From a virus (lineage: Duplodnaviria; Caudoviricetes): a stretch of 64,000 bases of DNA. Positions 39,054 through 49,787 of this stretch are shown here, in pieces (position 1 is the stretch's first letter; each line of letters starts with the position of its first letter). A model generated the notes under the pieces. It saw only the letters and a program-made list of their open reading frames with translations. It was not told the origin of the DNA and ran no database searches. The position numbers were made by a program, and so were the translations under genes. The stretch is from positions 1 to 64,000 of IMG/VR virus record IMGVR_UViG_3300031813_000013. One strand, written 5' to 3'.

Positions 39054-42000
39054 TTACTTTTTCAGTGCATCAACTTCTGCTTTAAGTTCTTTGATGGCCT
39101 CAACAATCAGTGGAACCAAACGTGCATAGTCCAATGTCAAATATTGGTTATCAATTGGCGCTGGCTTAACAACTTCTGGTTGAACTTTTTGCACATCTTG
39201 TGCCGAAAGACCAACTTCACGACCAGCGGAGATATATCCCAATTCTTTAGCAATTTCATTAGGTTCATAGTAGAATGCTGACAATGACAATAGTTTTTCT
39301 AGGGCATTTTCAATTAAACCTAATCTGTTTTTAAGTTTATCGTCAGAGACACCGGCAACTACGTTACCAGCAGCATAAATCCAACCGGCTGTACCAGAAG
39401 GTGTGCCAACACCTAAAGCATTCATTTGATATGCAGCATTTGGATTAAATTGTCCTGTTGGTCCAGGTGATCCTGGTGAACCTGTAGCACCAGGACTACC
39501 TGGAGCACCAGGACTACCTGTAGCACCAGGAGTGCCTGTTGGACCAGGAATAATAGAACCTGGACCTGTGGGTCCTGTTGGACCTGTTGGTCCCGTTGGG
39601 CCTGTGGGTCCTGTCGGGCCGATAGGACCAGAACTTCCGTTACTACCAGGAGTGCCTGCTGGTCCAGTAGGTCCAGGAACTGTAGATGGTGAACCTGGAG
39701 AACCTGTTGGACCAGGACTACCTGTTGGTCCTGCTGGTCCTGTTGGGCCTGTGGGTCCTGTTGGTCCAGTAATACCACCAGAAGAACCTACCCATTGTCC
39801 TGAACTGTTGATAATTTGAGTAGAACCAACATATACTCCGGAATTTAAATGTGATATTCCGGTAACTGTTAGTGCACCCGACACTGTGCCGCCGCTTGCA
39901 GGTAAAGCTGCTGCTGCAAGGCTATATGCCGAATTGGCTTCTGCGTATGCTGCTTGCACGTATGCACTTGTACCTGCTGCATTAGCAACTGCAAAAGCCG
40001 CATTGGCTTGGTTAAAGGCTGGCTGTGCATATAAACCAGCATTATTAGCTTGTGCATAGGCTGCATTAGCTTGAATGAAAGCTGCACTGATGCTTGTGTT
40101 TTGTGTTATTTCAACACCATTCAGTAGACTAATTTGTGTGTTAGCATAACCATAAGCTGCATTAGCTTGTACAAAAGCACCATTAGAATACAGTGAAGCA
40201 CCATTTGCTTGTGCATATGCAGAATTTGCTTGTAGGAACGCTGCGTTAGCATATGTTCCAGTCACATTTTGTGATTGATAAGCAGAATTCGCTTCAACAA
40301 ATGCACCATTAGCATACAATGAAGCACCATTTGCTTGTGCATATGCAGAATTTGCTTGTAAGAAACTACGTTGTGCGAATGTGTAAAGTGTATTTGCACC
40401 ATCCGACCTCAAGATTGTTCCTGTATTTGTTGTCACCAAACTTGGTGACATCATGTTTGCAGTTAGAATTTGCGAATATGCTGTTGACAGATCAGAATTA
40501 TTAACGTCACGAATATCCCAATAGTAATTTGGCTCATCCCAACGAATAGAAGCATTGCTGGTGCCTAAACCTCTATACACAGAGAAATAGCTTATTAGTC
40601 CAGTGTTTGTATTAGGACTCAATGTTAGTTGGTTAGTGTTCAACAATGCGGTACCATTGATAACAAAAGCACCATTAACTGACAACTGATTCAACACTTG
40701 CAAATTATTGATAAAACCATTTGCAGATTGTGCATTGAATGTTCTATCAACTTCAATATAAGGTGTTGTTATGTTTGTATTTGCTGTAATGTTGTTGGCA
40801 TTGATTGAGTTGTTTGCACTCAATGCTGCTGTCTGAATAGTCAGATTTGCAACAAGGTATGGTGTAGTAATACTTGTGTTGGATTGTAATGTATTTGTAT
40901 ATAATCCACCAGATAAAGACTCTGTGTTTGCAACGATGTTATTTGTTGTTAAGGTTGCAAGCAGTGCATTGATAGCAGTACCGTAAACTGTTAGGTTTGC
41001 ACCAACACCGATATTGGTATTAGCATTAAGTGCATTAACTGTTTCTGTGCCGCCAATCCAAGAAGAAGCATTAACACTGATTGTATTTGTGTATGTGTTT
41101 GTTGAAACACTCAATGATTGTGTATTGATTTGTGTATTTGCTTGTAATGTGCCTGTAAACACATTGGTGTTTGCTTGTAGAACACCAGTAACAATGTTTG
41201 TGTTGGCCAATACTGTAGCAGTGAATACGTTGCTATTGGCTTGTAATGTTGTTGTTACAATGTTGTTGTTTGCCAATATGGTAGCTGTGATTACATTACT
41301 ATTTGCTTGTAGAGTATTTGTATATACATTGTTGTTTGCCTGCAATGCCGAGGTATATACATTTGTATTTGCTTGTAATGTACCAGTGACCACGTTTGTA
41401 TTGGCCAAAACAGTAGAAGTAATTACGTTACTGTTTGCTTGTAGTGTTGTGGTGGTAACTTGATTGTTTGCAAGAATTGTATTGCTGTAGATATTGTTGT
41501 TGGCTTGCAATACATTAGTTACAACTCTATTGTTTGCTTGTAATGTGGAGGTTACAACGAATGTATTTGACAATAAGAATGCTGTTGTGACACTAGCATT
41601 TGCCTGTAAGGTAGCGGTTAATACACTGGTGTTTGCTTGAATGCCATTGGTCCATACGTTATTAACAATAGAAGCGTTTGCAAAACCAAGAATATTATTG
41701 GTCACATATAATGTATTTGCAATGTTGGTGTTGCCAGAAATCCATGTATTGCCACCGATATAAGTATTACCAGTAATATCAATCCAACCATTCATTGTGG
41801 TGTTGCCTGAAACAACCAAAGCCGGCACAGCGGTATTTGTGATATAAACGGAACCATTCATGTATGACTGACCAGCCGCATACATACTGACAACGGTGTT
41901 GTTTAGATATAATTGACCACCACCTGTTGCTTGGGGAATGGTAGGACCCACGGTCAAGTTATTCTGTATATAACCAGAAGAACCTGTTCCTTGAACCTGT

Positions 42001-42191
42001 AATGCTCCAGATACCAATGCATTATTTGCAACAGTTACGCCGTAACCCGAACCTTGCAAAATTAAAGTACCGGAATTTTTGGTATAATTACCAAAGCCTA
42101 GCGTATTAAGTTCACCTGCGGCAGTAATACTGGACGCAATTAAGTCACCGAATGAATTTGCATAACTTACGACTGGTACTGTATTAGCCAT
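39054..42191 (-). CDS. Tail fibre with 11-residue repeats, Ala/Asn heptads, collagen-like segment and C-terminal intramolecular chaperone (peptidase S74 type)
   Basis: (GPT/GSP)n at 39447-39778; C-terminal SDDKLK...[15 protein letters not shown]...[17 protein letters not shown]. Confidence 0.88.
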   Translation of the reverse strand: MANTVPVVSYANSFGDLIASSITAAGELNTLGFGNYTKNSGTLILQGSGYGVTVANNALVSGALQVQGTGSSGYIQNNLTVGPTIPQATGGGQLYLNNTVVSMYAAGQSYMNGSVYITNTAVPALVVSGNTTMNGWIDITGNTYIGGNTWISGNTNIANTLYVTNNILGFANASIVNNVWTNGIQANTSVLTATLQANASVTTAFLLSNTFVVTSTLQANNRVVTNVLQANNNIYSNTILANNQVTTTTLQANSNVITSTVLANTNVVTGTLQANTNVYTSALQANNNVYTNTLQANSNVITATILANNNIVTTTLQANSNVFTATVLANTNIVTGVLQANTNVFTGTLQANTQINTQSLSVSTNTYTNTISVNASSWIGGTETVNALNANTNIGVGANLTVYGTAINALLATLTTNNIVANTESLSGGLYTNTLQSNTSITTPYLVANLTIQTAALSANNSINANNITANTNITTPYIEVDRTFNAQSANGFINNLQVLNQLSVNGAFVINGTALLNTNQLTLSPNTNTGLISYFSVYRGLGTSNASIRWDEPNYYWDIRDVNNSDLSTAYSQILTANMMSPSLVTTNTGTILRSDGANTLYTFAQRSFLQANSAYAQANGASLYANGAFVEANSAYQSQNVTGTYANAAFLQANSAYAQANGASLYSNGAFVQANAAYGYANTQISLLNGVEITQNTSISAAFIQANAAYAQANNAGLYAQPAFNQANAAFAVANAAGTSAYVQAAYAEANSAYSLAAAALPASGGTVSGALTVTGISHLNSGVYVGSTQIINSSGQWVGSSGGITGPTGPTGPTGPAGPTGSPGPTGSPGSPSTVPGPTGPAGTPGSNGSSGPIGPTGPTGPTGPTGPTGPTGPGSIIPGPTGTPGATGSPGAPGSPGATGSPGSPGPTGQFNPNAAYQMNALGVGTPSGTAGWIYAAGNVVAGVSDDKLKNRLGLIENALEKLLSLSAFYYEPNEIAKELGYISAGREVGLSAQDVQKVQPEVVKPAPIDNQYLTLDYARLVPLIVEAIKELKAEVDALKK
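39447..39778 (-). repeat. Collagen-like Gly-X-Y repeat (about 32 triplets, two interruptions)
   Basis: [18 protein letters not shown]...; interrupted by STVP and SIIP. Confidence 0.92.
41118..41645 (-). repeat. 16 x 11-residue coding repeat (TLQAN.N[VI].T.)
   Basis: 528 nt = 16 x 33 nt, e.g. [33 protein letters not shown]. Confidence 0.88.
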
Positions 42192-42414
42192 TTAGATTCT
42201 TACCTATTAGTTGTTGCAATAAGGATTTGATTTCTGACACATCATCCTTAACGCTTGATATTTCTTGTTTGACTTTATTTATTTCATCTTTTTGAGTCTT
42301 CAATACGGCCATCTTAGATAAGTAGTCATTTTTTTGTGTATTATCCGCAGGCAAGAGAGCCATATTGGTGGTATCTCTCATCAAATTACTATTAGGAATT
42401 CTCACCAAGGCCAT
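42184..42414 (-). CDS. Small coiled-coil hypothetical protein
   Basis: Start placed at ATG 42414 (1 nt after the upstream stop): [14 protein letters not shown]...[27 protein letters not shown]. Confidence 0.75.
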   Translation of the reverse strand: MALVRIPNSNLMRDTTNMALLPADNTQKNDYLSKMAVLKTQKDEINKVKQEISSVKDDVSEIKSLLQQLIGKNLNG

Positions 42415-42415
42415 A

Positions 42416-44569
42416 TTACAGTCCCGTTCCTGCTGGTAATGCAAGTGCTGTCAATGAATTCACTGATGGAATGACTGTTGGGTCGCTTGTAGTCAATACA
42501 ACCTTGATAGCAAACTGAATAAACGATGTGTATGTTTGACCGTTTACGTTTGTATAAGAGATGTTATTGTTTGCCTGATTACTCAACAATACACCAGGTG
42601 CATATTCATATTCAATAATGTTGTCAGGATTTGCAGAGTATGCTGTGAAATTATTAACACAGGTCATCAATTGCCAGCTACCAGAATCAAATGTCGATGT
42701 ATCTTGAGAACTCAAAATTTTGTAATAGACATATATGCCGGTGCCAATTGGTTGATATGCGTCTAAGAATACACGCAAGTCTCCGGAATCATTACCTGGA
42801 GCCATAACAACCTTCTTGGTGAAATACTTGGCAAATGAGTTACCACCAGTAGAACCTGTTTCACCGTGCACGGAGATAACAGCGTTTGCATTACCACTTC
42901 TTGTTGTTGGATCGTAGATTGAGATGGTTGGATTGGTTAGATAACCAGAACCACCACTAATCACATATACAGAAGTGATAGAACCATTGTTTGCGGTGAA
43001 ACCAAGAGTTGCAGAATTGGATCCAATATCAGGACTTGAGATGGTTACAGATGCTGTGTTCACATTGTAACCACTGCCTCCATTGACCAATGTCAATATG
43101 TTGTTACTGATAGGCATATTGTTGATGATGTTTTTGACCGCATACAACGAAACGCCATCATCCGAGATAATAGGAGAAACATTTGGATCACTTGATTGCA
43201 AGGTTGCAAACATTGTGAATGAGTTATTTGATGATTGCAACAGTATGCGTTCACCATTACCATCATTTAGTGGAATATTATTTGGCATAGCAGTACCTAA
43301 TTCAGCAGGAGTCACCGACTGTGCTACTGTTTGGACATTTCCAGATGCCAATGTTGTTTGATAAGAATACAGAATATCAGTACCAGTTGGACTAAAATCT
43401 GTTGTTGATAGATTCAATGCATGATATTTACGGTTGCCAGAGAAAACGTTACCGGCATTCAATACTGTGTTAGCATCTAGTTTGTGTCTCAAATCTTGGT
43501 GGGCCAATTTTCTATATGGTAGTCCAGCTGGTATAACAAACGGAACTTGTGCTGGTGTACTTGTTGCAAAAACACATTGGTCAATAACAAACATCAAATC
43601 GGATGTTTGGTCGGCAGTCCATGTAATTGAGTTTTGTGATTCAAACAATGCACCAATGTAGGGTGCTGTACCAACTTTAGTTGGGTTGGATGGGTTTGGA
43701 TCGGTTGGTTTTGCTTTTGCTGTTGATGGTATTGCTATTTGGTTTTGTGTTGCGTAATACAAATAGTAGTCTGGTGAGTTAGATTTTACCAAAATAGCGT
43801 ACAATGTTCCCGGTAGAATGTAGACTGGTGCTTGGAAAACAAATTCAGTATATGTTGTTGGATCCAAAAAGTGTGGGTTCTGAGAAACTTGACATTGATT
43901 TGCTTGTAATGTAACAGTGGAATAACTCAATGCTTGACCACTTGGATAACCGTTGACTGTAGGTACAATTGAAACGGTGACTGGTGAATTTCCAGATGGA
44001 ACAGATTGGAAGAATAACTTAACGCTATTTAAGAACAGTCCATTTGGATAATTCTTTACGTCAACCAAGAAGCTTTGTGCAATAGGATCGTATGGAGATT
44101 TTGTCACAATCACGCTTGTTTGTGCCTGTTGGCTAACTTGTGTAAATGATTGTGAAGAAGAATCAACAGAAGGAGCAAAATCTAGTTGCTGCGATTGTGT
44201 AGATAGACCTGATGCAGTGAATGTCGCTTCTGCATATGTTGTCGCTGTTGTTGGATCGGTTAAAACTTTTCTATTATCAATACGGAAAACTCTGGAACCA
44301 GTTTGAAATGTTCCTGGTGGCACATTAAAAATGCCAACAAAATTACCAGCCTCATCAGTAGACAGTTGTAAAGGCTTGCCTGATGAAATAGCATTCAGAA
44401 CGTTTGTTTGCAATCCTCTGATGCTATATGTTGAGTTGATATCTTGGCCACCATTTACACCTAAAGAAATATTTACGGGAGTATCTAATGTTGCAATTTT
44501 GGTTGCACCATTATAAGCCGTAATGTTTGCGGTAAAATTCTGAATGCTTGAGAACGATTGTGTTGCCAT
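42416..44569 (-). CDS. C-terminal part of a DUF4815-type baseplate/virion structural protein
   Basis: LSTDEAGNF.G.F.VP..TF.TG.RVFRI, DPIAQSFLV...GLFLNSV.LFF, GDLRVFLD.YQP, FIQFAIKVVL: motifs usually in the C-half of single-chain homologues. Confidence 0.75.
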   Translation of the reverse strand: MATQSFSSIQNFTANITAYNGATKIATLDTPVNISLGVNGGQDINSTYSIRGLQTNVLNAISSGKPLQLSTDEAGNFVGIFNVPPGTFQTGSRVFRIDNRKVLTDPTTATTYAEATFTASGLSTQSQQLDFAPSVDSSSQSFTQVSQQAQTSVIVTKSPYDPIAQSFLVDVKNYPNGLFLNSVKLFFQSVPSGNSPVTVSIVPTVNGYPSGQALSYSTVTLQANQCQVSQNPHFLDPTTYTEFVFQAPVYILPGTLYAILVKSNSPDYYLYYATQNQIAIPSTAKAKPTDPNPSNPTKVGTAPYIGALFESQNSITWTADQTSDLMFVIDQCVFATSTPAQVPFVIPAGLPYRKLAHQDLRHKLDANTVLNAGNVFSGNRKYHALNLSTTDFSPTGTDILYSYQTTLASGNVQTVAQSVTPAELGTAMPNNIPLNDGNGERILLQSSNNSFTMFATLQSSDPNVSPIISDDGVSLYAVKNIINNMPISNNILTLVNGGSGYNVNTASVTISSPDIGSNSATLGFTANNGSITSVYVISGGSGYLTNPTISIYDPTTRSGNANAVISVHGETGSTGGNSFAKYFTKKVVMAPGNDSGDLRVFLDAYQPIGTGIYVYYKILSSQDTSTFDSGSWQLMTCVNNFTAYSANPDNIIEYEYAPGVLLSNQANNNISYTNVNGQTYTSFIQFAIKVVLTTSDPTVIPSVNSLTALALPAGTGL

Positions 44570-44570
44570 G

Positions 44571-47500
44571 TTATTTCTTATCTTTGTATAGTGATTTCCA
44601 GATAGACTCTGCTTTTTCTTGGCTTACGAATAAGCCAGTAACAAACATTGCTGCCATCCATGGTAAAGTATTCAACACGGACAATTTATTATATTTCTTA
44701 CCTTGCAACATGTTTGTGGCATTATTGAAAGACCAAGTAATATATTTTGCCGCAATACCTTTTTTATTTATCATAGGTATTAAAGCCTTAGGACCAATTA
44801 CATGATATCCTCTGTGCAGTGTACTACCAAGTTTATTGTTGTCCAATTTTCTCAAAGCCCATGCTTCCAGTCTAGCTAAACGCATTGGAGACCATTCACC
44901 ACGCTCAGTTAATGCTGTTGCAACAACACAGCAACCTCCGCCACCACCAGAAGTTGGTTGTGAATTTGGAACTGTCGGCGGCACATATGTTGATGCAACA
45001 TTTACACCATAGATATAGTTTGATTGAATACTGATTTGTGAACCTTGGTAATAATTGTTTACACTAGATGCATTTGGTCCAAGATATACTTGATACACAC
45101 CTTGGAACCATGCGCCACCACCATACATAACTGTTTGTGTACCACCATTAATGTATTGTAGATTTGGTGGCGCAATAGACGAGAACACAACTGTTCCAGA
45201 TGCATCAGCAATTGTTAAAGCAAATGCAGATTCTGTTGTGCCTGAACTTGTTGCATTCCATCCAACTGTTACAGAAGATGAAGGTGCTGTGATTGTATAT
45301 GTGCTTAGTGTACTTGGCGAATTGCTTGGTGAAGTATATGTGGTGCCTAAACCACTAATTACAACACTTGCAGTACCAGAACTAGCAACAGACAATGTGT
45401 ATGTTTGACCAGAAATCAAAGACACATTAGGGAATGAAGCATTGTATGCTGTACTGTTATTTGGATCACCCCATACACCATACAAGTTCAAGAATGATGA
45501 ATATCCTTGAGTTGTTGCAGACAAATACAATTGAGTTGTCACATTTGATGATAGAACGTTTGCGTAACCACCACCAACACCTGAGATTTCTCCACTTAGA
45601 GAGATGCTTGTTGATGATGAAACTGTTCCAGATGCGGTTTGTGAGCCAGCAACGTAGTTACCATTAACATCAAATGTTCCGTTAACCAATGTTGAGGTGC
45701 CAATACTGTTTGGTGCATTAACTGTGTCAGCAACATACAAACGAGATTGTGTTCCGTTTGGATAGTTATAAACACTCAACACACGAGCAATTGGATAGAA
45801 AGTGCTTGAGATGTAAAAACCAACAACATCACCGGAATTAAATGTTCCAGATACACCAGTCAATTCAATGGTGTTTGGTGAAGTCATGTATTTGTCAACA
45901 TTAACACCATCAAACCAGGTGTATATTGGTGAGTTAACCAATAGGCCAGCAGCTTGGACAATGATTTGTTGTTGTCTGATATATGGCAGAATTGCAATGT
46001 TTGTCAGATAACCATTGTTTGTTGCAAAGGTAGATGATGTTGGGTTGTATGCAGAGGATACAACATTTTGCAGTTGGCTGGAATATGTCTGTGTGGTTGT
46101 TTGTGTGAAACCAACATAACCATAAGGACTTACTCCACCAGATGTAATGCCTGCTTGATTGTGTGAGACATAATTTGCTGTTGTTGTTGTGGATGATGAA
46201 GTTCCTGGAATTGTTTGGAAATCACCAGCATTTGTCAAATTGATACCAGCAGAAGCTTGGTACACTTGCATATTTGGGTCTGTAACCAAAATTGCAGGTG
46301 CAGCAGAATTATCAACCCAATTGTCCATAGGTGGTGTCAACTGTGCAACACCTTGGTCAACCACAACCGAGAATGGATTAGCAGAAACAACACTTGTTGC
46401 CAAAGGTTGTGTTATAACATTAGCTGCTGTATAAGGCAATGTGAAGATATTGGTCTGTGTGCCTTGAATGCTGTTGATTGCATATGTGTTTGTGTTGTTT
46501 AGCGTACCCAAACTATTCAACACCGCAGGGTTTTGCAACTGGAAGTTATTCACTACTTGCACTGGACCCATCTGGTTTTGTCTAATGTTAATTTTGGCGG
46601 CATAGTCTGCGTTGCCAGAATCAGCAGTAGCATAACCAGAAAAATCATCAACCAAGATACCATAGTTTGGTCGAGCAACACCGTTTGAATTGACAACTTG
46701 TGTAGAAGCCGCAGTAGACTCCATAACGCTCAATGATGTATAGTACTCAAGATTGTTGATGCGTGTTTCTAAATCTGTAATGTCAGATTTGGCCCAACGT
46801 TTGTGTAGTACCTTTTTAACTGATAGGTTAGGTGTCAAACCAGCAGGTCCTTCACCTGGCACATATGCAGTGTATGGGTCATGATAAAGATTTGCCAACA
46901 ATAATGTACCAGCTGGTTGTGCTGGAAGTTGTGGAGTTGATGATGGATTGCCATTAACAATTTGGAAAGTCTGGTCTTTGGTCAACACCAACAAATCATT
47001 TCTTCCCAAATAGTAGCCGTAGTTGCTTTGGAAGTTTGATAAGTTTTGCGGAATAAGAACACCAACGTCACTTGAACCTGATGGTTGTGTGCCTGTTGAA
47101 TATTCCCAGATATATGATGTTTGTCCGTTCACACGAGAAGTTCTAAAGTCCACACAGTCTCTTAGTTTGTATGTGCTACCGTCTTTTGCTGTGTAAACAG
47201 GCAATTGGCCATATTGTTCGGGTGATGTTGAGACACCACCATAAGTTGAGTTTGCAGCCATGTATGATTGCAAGCTGAAATAGCCGTCACCAGATGAAGC
47301 TTGAGTGTGTGAATAATAATTGAACACAACAAGTAGATTACCTGATGGTAATGGTGCACCTGGAATCAAAGAAAGTGAACCAAAATCATAAAAACTGTCT
47401 CTTTGGCCATTGTCTAATGTAAAGAAGTTTGTGATATCAGTCAATGAAGACAATGCTGTACCTGATGCGGTACATGCGGATGAACCAGTATCATAGATTT

Positions 47501-49778
47501 TTACAATGTTTTTAATGTCTGTCACATATAAAGACATTTTGGTGTTATAAGAAACCGCAGCTTTATTGATTAATGCTTGTGCATTTGTTAGGTCAATAAA
47601 GGTGTTACCTGTAACAGAAGTCATGGTTGAACTGCCAACTGTTGTGTTGCCACCCACCAAGTTTTTAGATTTCAGAACATAGTTATTGTTGTCTGCATTC
47701 GATACAGAAACTTGAGCAATAATATCAACAGCCATACCCGCATATGTTGCTGAATAGAATGTTGCTGTTGTTTTGTCTGAAGAAATGGTAATTGTATTTC
47801 CAGATGATGTAAAATCTAGAATATTACCGGTCGATGTGTTGATAACAATAAAGTTCTGTTGGTTTACAGTACCAGTTGATGTTGTGGTTGGTCCCTCAAA
47901 ACGCAATGGACTACCGCCATTTCCAGATGTGGCCAACAATGTCAATGTGTTGCCTGTAAATGATTTGTTGCGATAAACACGCTGTGAGTAATAACTTGAA
48001 CTTGATAGGTTGGCAACATATTGGTAACCAATCGGGAAAATCAATTCGGGACTACCTGGATTATTTAATAATGTTGGATTACTACCCACACCTTGCAGTT
48101 TACCGTATGCAGCATTGACGTTAGCCTGTGCGGAGTTTGTGGGAGTGGTCATCGAATTAATGTTTGACGCATTAAAATTCAATGTGAAAGTTGTTGCAGA
48201 AGAAGGTGTTACGGTGAAAGCTGGAGTAACTGTGAAAGTTTTGGTTGCTCCAGATGATGTATACTGTGTGATAGTACGAACATCAACAACCGCACCTGTG
48301 GTTGCAGTTATTGTTACACCGGTATAAGCATTTGCTGTTGCTGAGAATATGTCGGCCGTATCATTCACAACCAAAGTTGTTGGTGTGGAGCCTGTGGTGT
48401 TTGCAGTTCCAGATAATGTGTTTGCTGTGAAATCCGATAGATAAGCATTATAGACATATGTTTTGGTGTTGGAACCAGAACCTGCCACATATGTTAAGTT
48501 TCTAAGGAAAGCAGTACCTGCAATTGTTGAACTGAATGTTGTTGTATTGGAATAATTTACACCAGAAGCACCAACACAGTGCAAGAATACTTGTTGTACT
48601 TGGCCAACATCAAAAACACCATTGATAGTATCTACTGTAATGTAGTTACCATAATCAACATAAATTGCATTTTCAATGATAGAATTTGTATTTCTTGCAC
48701 GTTGGTTGGTCAAGACTTGGGGTGATTGATTTTCAACACGATAACCATGAACATACGCAACACCTTTACCAATTTTCAAATCATATTCACTAGAAACACC
48801 CATCGAATTTGCGGTTGGTGTTAAAGAGAAATCGTTAACGATGTAATCTCCGTTTGTTTCATAGTCACGTTTTGCAAAATAATCATCAAGTGTTGAGTAT
48901 GAGGTACCATTCACTTGGCTTACAATTTCACCATTCACGATACGAAGCAGTTCAATGAAACTTTGGTCATTACCCAATGTCAATGGAAGCTGAACCAACG
49001 ACAATGAGATAACATAACGGTCTGCACCTGGTGCTTGGTAGTTTGACGCACCGATGGCTGGATCCAACAAAGATGGATCGTCCACATAGTCATAAATTGT
49101 TTCTGTAATTTCTAGACCAATACGGCAATTTGGTGAATTGTCATATTTGTCCAAAACGATAGTTTGTGGTACAACATCAACAAAATTACCAATAGAGTAT
49201 GTTTGACCTGTTGATGCTGATTGTGAGTATCCATTGACAATGTAGAATACGCCGTTTGCAATAGATGCTGTTGAAGAAGGTCCTATGGTAGCATTTGTGG
49301 TGGTGGCTGTCGCAATTGTTGCATAATATGATGTTTCACCAGCAGATTGAATTGTCAAACCATCAGTAAATTGTGTTCCAGATAGATAAGAAACAATTAG
49401 CGTTGGTGGATCACCAACTGTGGTTCCGCTAGATGTGGATTCTACAGTTGCAATAACACGGGCAAGAATTGTACCTGTTGCGCTGTCAAAAATAACTTGA
49501 TTTGCAAAATTGGATGCTTTAATGTTCTGACCGTTGTATGTTGGGTTCAACTTCAGATAAAAACAATTGAAGTTGGTAGTAACTTGACCGCCAGTTACAG
49601 GAGTATTTTGTGAATAAACAGCAGAAGCAAACTCAGAAATCTGATTTTGTAGAATTGTTTGTGATTGCGTCAACTCACGGGCTTGAACAGCATATCCAGG
49701 TTTGAATAAAATTCTATGGAAGTTTTTGCTTGGGTCGAAGTCATCGTAATATGGACCCGTATCGAAATTAATAGCCAT
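44571..49778 (-). CDS. DUF4815-type giant virion structural protein, N-terminal part, ending in a CFI-box-CTERM-like domain
   Basis: PYYDDFD..KNFHRILFKPGYAVQARELTQSQTILQNQI, APGADRY, RWAKSDITDLETRINNLEYYTSLS, GILVDDF; C-term GGGGGCCVVATA. Confidence 0.85.
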   Translation of the reverse strand: MAINFDTGPYYDDFDPSKNFHRILFKPGYAVQARELTQSQTILQNQISEFASAVYSQNTPVTGGQVTTNFNCFYLKLNPTYNGQNIKASNFANQVIFDSATGTILARVIATVESTSSGTTVGDPPTLIVSYLSGTQFTDGLTIQSAGETSYYATIATATTTNATIGPSSTASIANGVFYIVNGYSQSASTGQTYSIGNFVDVVPQTIVLDKYDNSPNCRIGLEITETIYDYVDDPSLLDPAIGASNYQAPGADRYVISLSLVQLPLTLGNDQSFIELLRIVNGEIVSQVNGTSYSTLDDYFAKRDYETNGDYIVNDFSLTPTANSMGVSSEYDLKIGKGVAYVHGYRVENQSPQVLTNQRARNTNSIIENAIYVDYGNYITVDTINGVFDVGQVQQVFLHCVGASGVNYSNTTTFSSTIAGTAFLRNLTYVAGSGSNTKTYVYNAYLSDFTANTLSGTANTTGSTPTTLVVNDTADIFSATANAYTGVTITATTGAVVDVRTITQYTSSGATKTFTVTPAFTVTPSSATTFTLNFNASNINSMTTPTNSAQANVNAAYGKLQGVGSNPTLLNNPGSPELIFPIGYQYVANLSSSSYYSQRVYRNKSFTGNTLTLLATSGNGGSPLRFEGPTTTSTGTVNQQNFIVINTSTGNILDFTSSGNTITISSDKTTATFYSATYAGMAVDIIAQVSVSNADNNNYVLKSKNLVGGNTTVGSSTMTSVTGNTFIDLTNAQALINKAAVSYNTKMSLYVTDIKNIVKIYDTGSSACTASGTALSSLTDITNFFTLDNGQRDSFYDFGSLSLIPGAPLPSGNLLVVFNYYSHTQASSGDGYFSLQSYMAANSTYGGVSTSPEQYGQLPVYTAKDGSTYKLRDCVDFRTSRVNGQTSYIWEYSTGTQPSGSSDVGVLIPQNLSNFQSNYGYYLGRNDLLVLTKDQTFQIVNGNPSSTPQLPAQPAGTLLLANLYHDPYTAYVPGEGPAGLTPNLSVKKVLHKRWAKSDITDLETRINNLEYYTSLSVMESTAASTQVVNSNGVARPNYGILVDDFSGYATADSGNADYAAKINIRQNQMGPVQVVNNFQLQNPAVLNSLGTLNNTNTYAINSIQGTQTNIFTLPYTAANVITQPLATSVVSANPFSVVVDQGVAQLTPPMDNWVDNSAAPAILVTDPNMQVYQASAGINLTNAGDFQTIPGTSSSTTTTANYVSHNQAGITSGGVSPYGYVGFTQTTTQTYSSQLQNVVSSAYNPTSSTFATNNGYLTNIAILPYIRQQQIIVQAAGLLVNSPIYTWFDGVNVDKYMTSPNTIELTGVSGTFNSGDVVGFYISSTFYPIARVLSVYNYPNGTQSRLYVADTVNAPNSIGTSTLVNGTFDVNGNYVAGSQTASGTVSSSTSISLSGEISGVGGGYANVLSSNVTTQLYLSATTQGYSSFLNLYGVWGDPNNSTAYNASFPNVSLISGQTYTLSVASSGTASVVISGLGTTYTSPSNSPSTLSTYTITAPSSSVTVGWNATSSGTTESAFALTIADASGTVVFSSIAPPNLQYINGGTQTVMYGGGAWFQGVYQVYLGPNASSVNNYYQGSQISIQSNYIYGVNVASTYVPPTVPNSQPTSGGGGGCCVVATALTERGEWSPMRLARLEAWALRKLDNNKLGSTLHRGYHVIGPKALIPMINKKGIAAKYITWSFNNATNMLQGKKYNKLSVLNTLPWMAAMFVTGLFVSQEKAESIWKSLYKDKK

Positions 49779-49787
49779 TTTATTCCT

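Noticed and set aside
39034-39055. Hairpin AAGCCTAC-ATAATT-GTAGGTTT before the oxygenase SD, sharing TTATGTAGGCT with 794-804
   Set aside because: Weak AT-rich stem and an 11-bp match are within chance expectation for 64 kb; not enough support to call a terminator or promoter.
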